DNA of 40,192 bases, from contig MHFG01000003.1 in the NCBI GenBank assembly GCA_001804065.1, positions 1 through 40,192 of the forward strand, read 5' to 3'. The notes below the pieces were generated by a model, which had not been told where the DNA came from, did not search any database, and worked only from the letters and a program-made list of their open reading frames with translations. This document shows, piece after piece, positions 33,747 to 40,192 of this stretch. How positions within the stretch are numbered: position 1 is the stretch's first letter; the number at the start of each line of letters is the position of its first letter. A program made the position numbers and the translations under genes. The stretch is from Omnitrophica bacterium RIFCSPHIGHO2_02_FULL_46_20 (GTDB lineage Bacteria > Omnitrophota > Gorgyraeia > 2-01-FULL-45-10).

Positions 33747-36329
33747 CTATAGATATTTGGCGAATGATTTTTTAACTTCATCAATGGAAATTGAAAAATT
33801 TATTCCTTCGACATCGGTTGCAACTATCTTTTGTGAATTAACAGCAATAACCTCTCCTTTTTCATTGACTAATGGTCCGCCACTATTACCAGGGTTTAAC
33901 GCAGCATCCGTTTGAATAATTTCAATCTTTGTAAGCGGATTATAAGGAGCATCTAATAACCTGATTGCACTCACTACACCTTTCGTGACGCTTTGCTCTA
34001 AGCCACCTGGAGAACCAAGTGCATAAACCGTATCGCCAGAAGAAATCTTTTTAGTGTTTCCGATTCTTAAACACGGCACTTCTCTAGTATTTATTCTTAA
34101 CAATGCCAAGTCTTTATATTTAGCTACTTCTATGAGGTCTGCAAAAAATTTTTTGCCCTCTTTGGTCTTGATGATTATATCTCTTTGGTCTGCTATGACA
34201 TGATAATTGGTAACTACATAGCCTTTCTTATTAACCACAAAACCACTGCCGCCACCCGATGGAATATCTATAACTACAACCGATTCTAGACACTTTTCAA
34301 TAATGTTTTTTGGCTGCCTTTTAACCGCACTGATTGAGCTAGCCATTAGATTCATCATTCTAACTGAGCTATCCAGGCTTATTTTACCTAACATAGTCGC
34401 TGGTTTTGCAATGTCCATAATGTTTGATAAACTGCTAATACTTCCTAGACCCTTTATGGCTTGCAGAGGTCTATTTTCTTCTTCATAAAAAACTTTTTCT
34501 GAATTAAAGTATTTTGCAGCATTTTTTAGATCAGCAAATTCTTCTGGAAGCATTCGACTATTACTCATGCTAACTCTAAGTCTCGATTTAATGCTTAGGT
34601 CAACACTCGAGTCATTGATAGAAACCATATCTTTTATGACATACTTGCCCTTTGGAATATCCAAAATATGTAGAAATTCGTCTATTTGCCATTTTTTGTT
34701 CTTTACGCAATCCGGATTCTTTAATGCTACCAACATCTCATAGGTTAGTACTTCATTTATTGTTTTTCCATATTTTTGTTTTGCAAATAAATCACGTGCT
34801 ATGTATAAGTGTTTTTTTTCCAAAAACTTAACGATGGTTTCCGACAATGTTTGCATATTGATTTTACTGAATCTACTTAAAATATCTTGGGCGTCTGATT
34901 CTGAAACCTGCTTATTTACAACTCCACAAGAATCGCTTGGGTGGGCACCATTAATTGCTATGGTTGTTTCCTCTTTTGTTTCTTCTGCTTTTCCTTTAGA
35001 AATTAGATAACCAGATGCCACATTTAATATCTCATAGCTTATTTCAATATGTAGACTGTGCCTGTAGTCAGTTTGTTGATATAGATAATTCTGGTATACT
35101 GGTTCTTGAACATACTGAGGCGTAGCTACCAATTGACTTGCAACATTATTAAGCTGACCTTGTGCTAACCCTTTTGCAAAAGCATTAATAAAGTTTGGAT
35201 TATAAGCATAATTTTGACTAGCAGATGCTACATTCGTCTGAGCTTGGTTATATGCAAGTATTAAATTGTTATAAGCAGGATTTGGGACATTTTGATACCC
35301 GGATAAATACTTGGATTCTTTCGCTGACTCGCAAGGCTTGGTTTTAATAGACAAATCTCTTAAGTTTAAAGAGATAAGTATATCGCTCGCGCTTATTTTT
35401 TCACTATTATTTATTTTATATGTACTGTTTGAGCCTTCATGTGCTTTCAAAGCATTTAGTATTTCATCTTTTTGGTTGGTTGAAAAAGAATTCGAAAAAT
35501 TTATTTTTACATTAGATTTATGTTTGTTGTCAAATTCTGTCAATCTGTCTCTAATTTTTTTGTCTAAATCAATCATTCCTTCTGAGTAACTCCTTGAAAC
35601 CAATAAATAGAATATGGAAGTAGCCAATCTATTAGCATTATAAAATTCTTCGGAGATTGGAATCAAGCTTTTGGCTTTTTCTTTTAAGAAGATTTCCAGG
35701 CTACTACGCATTAAATCATCATCTGGAAATAGCCCCATAGTTGTACTAAAAGCTTTCACTATGTCTTTTTCTTTCCCACTACTAATAATACTATTAACCT
35801 CTTCGACTATTTCTACTTTTGATTTATCTATCTTGGTCTTTAGATTTTTGACATTACTAAAATATGGCTCGTAATCCTTAATGGCGCAAAAAACCCTGCA
35901 AGAATTTAGAATGCTGCCGCTTATTCCATCTTTCGCTTGCTTATCTACATGCTCTATTTCTTTGTCAATTTTATCTATCCGACTAATTACTTCGGTATCT
36001 GTTTGATCTATTTCCTTTGCCTTAATAAGCATAAGTCTTTTAGCGGGAAGATCATGCTGGGGAAGAATGTCTGCTTGGCTCAGATATTTTTTTACTAGGG
36101 CTTTCTGAAAGTTTTGAAATTCACTTTTTGTTTGTGGGTTGTTTGGTTTCTTATCATATTCCTCTTTCATTATAGAATATGCTTTTTCTAAATTACCCTT
36201 CAATTCTTCTTTTAAAGCTCTATTAAATACATATGATCCTCTGGCTAAACTATCAGTTGTATAAGACAAGCCTACTACCAAAACAAACAGAATAATTAAA
36301 ATACTTCTAGCCATATGCAAATCTTTCAT
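33747..36329 (-). CDS. signal-anchored 860-aa protein with C-terminal trypsin-like (S1C/HtrA-type) serine protease domain, no PDZ
   Basis: Catalytic triad contexts TNYHVI (His), KDLALLRI (Asp) and GNSGGPLV (Ser) lie in the last ~200 aa. The N-terminal ~650 aa is unrecognised. Confidence 0.8.
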   Translation of the reverse strand: MKDLHMARSILIILFVLVVGLSYTTDSLARGSYVFNRALKEELKGNLEKAYSIMKEEYDKKPNNPQTKSEFQNFQKALVKKYLSQADILPQHDLPAKRLMLIKAKEIDQTDTEVISRIDKIDKEIEHVDKQAKDGISGSILNSCRVFCAIKDYEPYFSNVKNLKTKIDKSKVEIVEEVNSIISSGKEKDIVKAFSTTMGLFPDDDLMRSSLEIFLKEKAKSLIPISEEFYNANRLATSIFYLLVSRSYSEGMIDLDKKIRDRLTEFDNKHKSNVKINFSNSFSTNQKDEILNALKAHEGSNSTYKINNSEKISASDILISLNLRDLSIKTKPCESAKESKYLSGYQNVPNPAYNNLILAYNQAQTNVASASQNYAYNPNFINAFAKGLAQGQLNNVASQLVATPQYVQEPVYQNYLYQQTDYRHSLHIEISYEILNVASGYLISKGKAEETKEETTIAINGAHPSDSCGVVNKQVSESDAQDILSRFSKINMQTLSETIVKFLEKKHLYIARDLFAKQKYGKTINEVLTYEMLVALKNPDCVKNKKWQIDEFLHILDIPKGKYVIKDMVSINDSSVDLSIKSRLRVSMSNSRMLPEEFADLKNAAKYFNSEKVFYEEENRPLQAIKGLGSISSLSNIMDIAKPATMLGKISLDSSVRMMNLMASSISAVKRQPKNIIEKCLESVVVIDIPSGGGSGFVVNKKGYVVTNYHVIADQRDIIIKTKEGKKFFADLIEVAKYKDLALLRINTREVPCLRIGNTKKISSGDTVYALGSPGGLEQSVTKGVVSAIRLLDAPYNPLTKIEIIQTDAALNPGNSGGPLVNEKGEVIAVNSQKIVATDVEGINFSISIDEVKKSFAKYL

Positions 36330-36345
36330 TTTTTATACTAAACGT

Positions 36346-36591
36346 TTAATCCCTCATTAGTGGTTTGCAGACCTTGCATGGTATATATCCGGCTGCTTTA
36401 GCTTCTTGTGCTGAGTTAAAAGTCACCTTGTTATTAGGGTTTATTTTCTGTGCCCACCTGCACCATGTATAGTGATATTTGGTCGAGTTCTTGCTACCTA
36501 CATATACTTTGGCTTCCTGCGACAACCCTAGCCCAGAAAACGACATTAAGCATACACCTATTACTAATCCAGCCAATAGCTTTTTAAGCAT
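36346..36591 (-). CDS. secreted small protein with Ada-like metal-binding (Cys) motif
   Basis: Signal peptide, then KYHYTWCRWAQKI...GYIPCKVCKP, the pattern of the Ada Zn-binding-like domain often linked to nucleases. Confidence 0.55.
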   Translation of the reverse strand: MLKKLLAGLVIGVCLMSFSGLGLSQEAKVYVGSKNSTKYHYTWCRWAQKINPNNKVTFNSAQEAKAAGYIPCKVCKPLMRD

Positions 36592-36599
36592 AATCCCTC

Positions 36600-36917
36600 C
36601 TATTCTCTGTACACATATTTTCTTGCCTTGTCCTTGCTAGCCATAAAATCTTCAACCCAGAATTTTGTTTCAGTGCCACTGGTTACACAATATAAATCTC
36701 TCATACCAAATTGATTAAAATTTTCACCCGTGTAAATATCGCTTTTGCTTGGAGAATAGCCACCAAACCATTCAACCAATAAGTACCCACCAATATATTC
36801 AATTGCACACCTGCCGCTATGCTCTGCCACTACAACACCTTGGTCAGCAAAACAAGTAGCGGATAACAGCAGTATGATAATAATGCATAGAGTTACCGAT
36901 ATTAATTTACTCTTCAA
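36600..36917 (-). CDS. small secreted protein, unknown function
   Basis: Signal peptide. The LLVEWFGGYSP...KFWVEDF pattern is remembered from uncharacterised proteins only. Confidence 0.5.
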   Translation of the reverse strand: MKSKLISVTLCIIIILLLSATCFADQGVVVAEHSGRCAIEYIGGYLLVEWFGGYSPSKSDIYTGENFNQFGMRDLYCVTSGTETKFWVEDFMASKDKARKYVYRE

Positions 36918-37470
36918 CCTCTTGCCCCTCCCTTAATTCACCTTTTCTGCTATGCTCCCACAGGTATTCGAACCTATCTTGATATTTCTTTATGAGGTCA
37001 TTGTCTGCCATTATGAGTAGATTCTCCTCATTCTTTTCATTCGCTGTAGGAGTCCAGTTAAAAGATCCTGTTATAAGCACCTTGCCATCAAAGATAGCAA
37101 ATTTGTTGTGCATAATACCAGAGCCAACATGATATTTAACTTCAAAGCCTCTTTTTATAAGGTAACGGCTTTTAGAATAGGTTTGTGTCTCCTGGCTCTG
37201 ATCTAGCACTATTCTGACTTTAACGCCACGGTCCTTAGCTTTAACAAGCTCTTGGGCTATTTCCCTTGAGGTAAGATAATACATTGCTATATCGACGGTC
37301 TTTTGGGCTTTGGATAATTCAGTGATAATGGCATCTTGGCAACCGCCATTAGGCGAGAAATAAACTTGTGTATCAGCGCTCGAATCATAACAGAATGATA
37401 GAAGACAGATAAAGATTGCGACTAAAACATAGAATATTCTTATGGTCATATTATTAATCGTATCCGCCAC
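36907..37470 (-). CDS. exported phospholipase D-family nuclease (Nuc-like)
   Basis: Single HKD motif HNKFAIFDGKVLITGSFNWT (HxKxxxxD...GSxN) and an N-terminal hydrophobic signal. The size matches Nuc-type endonucleases. Confidence 0.8.
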   Translation of the reverse strand: MADTINNMTIRIFYVLVAIFICLLSFCYDSSADTQVYFSPNGGCQDAIITELSKAQKTVDIAMYYLTSREIAQELVKAKDRGVKVRIVLDQSQETQTYSKSRYLIKRGFEVKYHVGSGIMHNKFAIFDGKVLITGSFNWTPTANEKNEENLLIMADNDLIKKYQDRFEYLWEHSRKGELREGQEVEE

Positions 37471-37490
37471 ATTCTTTATTTCATATGATC

Positions 37491-38183
37491 TTAAATTTCT
37501 GCCTTGTTAAAGTTTTGGATTACTTTGTATTTAATATATTCATTGGTTGCTTGGATTATCTCAATTCTAGCACCCTTATAGCCTATAATTTTAGATTCGG
37601 ATAGATCGTATTCAACATCGTTATTAAATGCTGGCCTCGCCAAATCATTTGAAAACTCACGGTATCCTACTTTGACAATATTCCCGACTTTCCCGCTATA
37701 AATAAGAGCTTGCTGAAAAGAATCGGAACTAGCTACTGAGTACTTTTTCTTTTCATAATCTGCTTTATTGACGGGTATCTCAAGACTATTAAGGGTTGTT
37801 ACCCAAAAAAGCCGCCCGCTTTTCTTATCCAAACAAATTACTTGAAACGCATCGGAAGATAGAGCACTTTGTATTACTTGTCCCGAATCTGGTCCGCCTG
37901 AAGGATAATAAAATTCTGAATTTTCATCCTCCCCTTTTTTAAGATAATATCCACGAGTGAATTTATAATTGTACATGGGTGTATCTTGCCTCAGATAGAG
38001 AGCATCGTGTTCCGAATGCTTGCCTTGCTGAAGCATAGTATCGCCAACTTGAGCAGTGCTAATAGTGCCCAATGGCGGATTGCTTATTTCCATTGTTACG
38101 GGTTTATAATTATATGTCGGCACTGTTGCACATCCGCTCAAAAATGAACAAGCAAGCAATATCGCAATCAAATATTTACTCAT
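37491..38183 (-). CDS. lipoprotein, unknown function
   Basis: Lipobox LLACSFLSGC. Confidence 0.7.
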   Translation of the reverse strand: MSKYLIAILLACSFLSGCATVPTYNYKPVTMEISNPPLGTISTAQVGDTMLQQGKHSEHDALYLRQDTPMYNYKFTRGYYLKKGEDENSEFYYPSGGPDSGQVIQSALSSDAFQVICLDKKSGRLFWVTTLNSLEIPVNKADYEKKKYSVASSDSFQQALIYSGKVGNIVKVGYREFSNDLARPAFNNDVEYDLSESKIIGYKGARIEIIQATNEYIKYKVIQNFNKAEI

Positions 38184-38200
38184 ATCACCTCCTGAATTTG

Positions 38201-38410
38201 CTATTTTCTTAATTCCTCTATATCTTTCTTTATCAGCTCGTTATGCTCTTCGATCGACTTCTTTAATGCCGCCACATCACAACTATTTTTTTCTATTATA
38301 TATAGAACTATGAGAAATATGCCAAGAAAGATAAACTGGATAAAGTATTGATGAACTACAAAGCTTAACCCAAATGCCGCTAAACCACCTATTAGATATG
38401 CATATTTCAT
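38201..38410 (-). CDS. small membrane protein with C-terminal coiled coil
   Basis: Two hydrophobic segments, and a 4-nt overlap with the upstream HTH gene. Confidence 0.45.
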   Translation of the reverse strand: MKYAYLIGGLAAFGLSFVVHQYFIQFIFLGIFLIVLYIIEKNSCDVAALKKSIEEHNELIKKDIEELRK

Positions 38411-38601
38411 CTCTTTGATACCTCCATCTCTCTGTGTTTTCTATCAATATAGTCCTGCACCGCTTCGCTGGTTATACGATACCCGCCACGGCGACCTTCC
38501 TTATAGGCTTTAAGCTTCCTCTGCCGGATGAGCTCTCTTACATACTCTTCATGCAGTCGAAGCAATTGTGCCACTTCTTTCGTTAATAGGATCTTTTTCA
38601 T
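38407..38601 (-). CDS. excisionase-family (MerR-superfamily) HTH protein
   Basis: LLTKEVAQLLRLHEEYVRELIRQRKLKAYKEGRRGGYRITSEAVQDYI matches the Xis/HTH_17 pattern. Confidence 0.75.
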   Translation of the reverse strand: MKKILLTKEVAQLLRLHEEYVRELIRQRKLKAYKEGRRGGYRITSEAVQDYIDRKHREMEVSKR

Positions 38602-38650
38602 TTATGTGCCCATTCAGTTTAATAAAGTCTAATACAAGGTAGATATAGAT

Positions 38651-38677
38651 AAAAAAACAACCCTTTTGAGGCTGTTT
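38651..38677 (-). terminator. terminator-like hairpin plus U-run inside the leader of the HTH operon
   Basis: Minus strand AACAGCC-UCAAAA-GGGUUGUU followed by UUUUU. The stem has 7 pairs including one GU, plus one bulge. Confidence 0.3.
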
Positions 38678-38731
38678 ATCGATTCATTTATCTGTTATAG
38701 TGCCGCCACTTTTTCATAAATTTATGTATTG

Positions 38732-38761
38732 ATTATAACAAGCCAATTGCCATGCTGTCAA
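38732..38761 (-). promoter_or_regulatory. consensus sigma70-type promoter for the HTH/envelope operon
   Basis: Minus strand TTGACA (38761-38756), 18 nt spacer, TATAAT (38737-38732), with a T-rich UP-like tract upstream. Confidence 0.5.
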
Positions 38762-38789
38762 ACAAAAAAACAACCCCTTACTGCCTAAC

Positions 38790-39059
38790 TTACTCCTTGA
38801 AAGATTTAATGGAGAGAAGTATTACGTAGTCATCATTGAAAGTATAATAGACTACGAGATTGGGGGGATTGCCACGAATAGAACTCATTGAACATATGTG
38901 AACGGGAGTTTGAGGAATCTGTTCTCCAGCTGAAGGATCTCGTGCCAACGCCCACTCTACTGCTCGTAGAAACTCATCCGCTCTTTTAAGATCGGGTTCG
39001 AGGGCTGCAAGCTCTTCTTCAAATCGCTTTTCACGGACAATAGTCCTAAGAGTCACCAT
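38790..39059 (-). CDS. candidate toxin, RelE/ParE-superfamily-like
   Basis: 89 aa with helical N-half, ...DPSAGEQI..., and a C-terminal beta pattern NLVVYYTFNDDYVILLSIK. It overlaps the upstream Panacea-domain gene by 14 nt. Confidence 0.5.
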   Translation of the reverse strand: MVTLRTIVREKRFEEELAALEPDLKRADEFLRAVEWALARDPSAGEQIPQTPVHICSMSSIRGNPPNLVVYYTFNDDYVILLSIKSFKE

Positions 39060-39624
39060 ATTCTTTATTCAAGCAAGATTTTGCAAAATTTTCTAACGAT
39101 CTTCCGTATTTGATCATCTCTTCCGTAGGAGAGTCAAAGTCAAGCAAAGCAGTCTCATAGGGAATAATCTCGTTTTCGCTCGCTACCATGTAACCACTGA
39201 ACATATGCGACAACTTGCTAACACTGCGCCCATCATGATCGCACAATTCATGAACAATTCTATTAACTAAATCGATTTCCTGTGGAGTAAAAAGACTAAG
39301 GTCGGGATCTCGTAACGCAACTGTTCTGTTCTGCACAAACCCATAATAGTTTGCGTTTTTTATGGCTAAAGCCTCTTCTTCTATCAATTTTTCTCGTATA
39401 GGAATGAGGTGTTTTGGGGCCGGTCCTTTTTCAATTGCTTGATATTCGTCCTCCGTAATAGCTTTTCCATAATTAAGATAGGACAAAAAATCGCAGTAGA
39501 ATAGAATTTTATTCAACTTTGTAGCTCCAAACTTTCTATCCTTTTCGCAGAGCTGCGATACATAGAGAATAAGCTCGCCCAACTTCGCATTATTAAACAT
39601 CATATCACCAATCTTTATTCTCAT
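39046..39624 (-). CDS. Panacea (DUF4065/SocA-like) domain antitoxin candidate; start uncertain (39624 or 39603/39600, not 39672)
   Basis: KLNKILFYCDFLSYLNYGKAITEDEYQAIEKGPAPKHL is the DUF4065 core as I recall it. A TTGACA-17-TATACT promoter lies inside the first 14 codons of the ORF-track model. Confidence 0.7.
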   Translation of the reverse strand: MRIKIGDMMFNNAKLGELILYVSQLCEKDRKFGATKLNKILFYCDFLSYLNYGKAITEDEYQAIEKGPAPKHLIPIREKLIEEEALAIKNANYYGFVQNRTVALRDPDLSLFTPQEIDLVNRIVHELCDHDGRSVSKLSHMFSGYMVASENEIIPYETALLDFDSPTEEMIKYGRSLENFAKSCLNKEYGDS

Positions 39625-39630
39625 ATTTGG

Positions 39631-39659
39631 AGTATAGCATTGCTTTTCTATGCTGTCAA
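39631..39659 (-). promoter_or_regulatory. sigma70-type promoter for the Panacea TA pair
   Basis: Minus strand TTGACA (39659-39654), 17 nt spacer, TATACT (39636-39631). ATG 39624 lies 7 nt downstream, so the mRNA may be leaderless. Confidence 0.45.
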
Positions 39660-39757
39660 GCTCATATCCCACACCATGCTGTCATAAAACAGCCTCTAAC
39701 CCAACCTCATAGGGTGCGTTTGTGCCACAACAACGCCCTAACGTAATGTCTTCCGTG

Positions 39758-40174
39758 TTAATACCTGCGTGACTCATACGTGGGCGCTACTTTTGGCAAC
39801 GGGGTGCTGTTTTTAAAAAACCTGAACATCCGACAGGCCGCTGCTAGTGCAAGGATATAAGCCTCATGCTTTTCTGGTTTTACTTCATTACCCTGCCTGT
39901 CAGCCATGCTAAATATGTCGGTTTTTTCATTGGGCAATAGCACTATATCGTTTTTACATTCCTTTAAATCTTCAAGCAGGCCTTCTATGTTATCTATCGA
40001 AATACCATATTCTTTACTACCTTCCTCCCGATAAAGACGACTTGAGAATTTCTTTTCAAATCTCTCTATTAAAGCCTTCCCACAGTTATTCAATATGACA
40101 CCGACCTTAATTCTGCTTGCCACGTCTTTAAGGCGACTGACGAGTTCTTCTGTAACGAAAACGATATATCCCAC
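39758..40174 (-). CDS. hypothetical protein, probably 5'-truncated by the window edge
   Basis: The frame is open to position 40192 (WRGREDVGYIVF...), and the ORF-track start is a GTG. No motif recognised. Confidence 0.4.
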   Translation of the reverse strand: MGYIVFVTEELVSRLKDVASRIKVGVILNNCGKALIERFEKKFSSRLYREEGSKEYGISIDNIEGLLEDLKECKNDIVLLPNEKTDIFSMADRQGNEVKPEKHEAYILALAAACRMFRFFKNSTPLPKVAPTYESRRY

Positions 40175-40192
40175 ATCCTCTCTACCGCGCCA

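Larger units (their letters stand above)
23591..40192. mobile_element. integrated element (serine-recombinase type) inserted in comM; right end beyond the window
   Basis: comM homology stops ~43 nt from the stop codon of a large serine recombinase. The interior is AT-richer and full of orphan genes, a toxin-antitoxin pair and an Xis-like HTH. The comM 5' part is not in the window. Confidence 0.6.

Noticed and set aside
261-36000. All plus-strand ORFs in the track (e.g. 261..515, 5117..5467, 7806..8201, 14440..15102, 25188..25682, 27497..27829, 29148..29555, 33292..33726)
   Set aside because: Each lies antisense to a minus-strand gene with clear family motifs, or across AT-rich spacers. Their products are low-complexity (Ser/Leu/Phe/Ile-rich) with no SD or recognisable motif. 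They are typical shadow ORFs.
38762-38789. Intrinsic terminator after the toxin gene (GGGGTTGTTTTTTT)
   Set aside because: I could not draw a convincing stem upstream of the T-run. The T-tract sits immediately upstream of the -35 box at 38761-38756, so it is more simply an UP-like element of that promoter.
1-40192. CRISPR arrays, rRNA or tRNA genes, reverse transcriptase/retron or DGR components, phage structural or conjugation genes
   Set aside because: I read through all spacers and ORF products and found none. There are no regularly spaced direct repeats, no RT motifs (YxDD), and no capsid, terminase or T4SS signatures. Absence is based on reading by eye only.

Overview
All credible genes lie on the minus strand, and the window has two parts. 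(1) 1-22.2 kb is a tightly packed housekeeping block. In transcription order it reads lysS, lolC, lolD, ilvE, mcsA, mcsB, clpC, an AsmA-like protein, mlaE, mlaF, mlaD, yacL (PIN-TRAM), ispD, ispF, cysE, cysS, tmk, holB, ricT, metG, a TatD-radical SAM fusion, and the start of one more gene. The order resembles the Bacillus subtilis lysS...clpC...yacL-ispDF-cysES and tmk-holB-ricT / metS-tatD neighbourhoods, but with outer-membrane (Lol, Mla) genes interleaved, so the host is probably a diderm. I cannot name the taxon. Three junctions in this block carry related GC-rich palindromic elements. Each starts 0-1 nt after the upstream stop codon and ends on the downstream Shine-Dalgarno or start codon. 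(2) 22.3-40.2 kb is accessory DNA. It starts with a 687-bp unit holding an IS200/RAYT-type HUH transposase between perfect 24-bp inverted repeats, followed by the 3' third of comM/yifB. That gene is cut inside its CPCG motif by an integrated element that runs past the right edge (over 16.6 kb). The element starts with a large serine recombinase, a 41-codon RHH-like ORF, a small HTH-less serine recombinase and an XRE regulator, all behind a near-consensus promoter with operator palindromes. Next come a visibly AT-richer array of small membrane and secreted proteins built from duplicated modules, a candidate structured ncRNA, and an operon of exported proteins (lipoprotein, PLD/Nuc nuclease, Ada-like Zn protein, 860-aa S1 protease, repeat protein). 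The window ends with a Panacea(DUF4065)-antitoxin/RelE-like toxin pair. I found no rRNA, tRNA or CRISPR array by eye. All calls rest on hand reading of motifs; no database search was possible.
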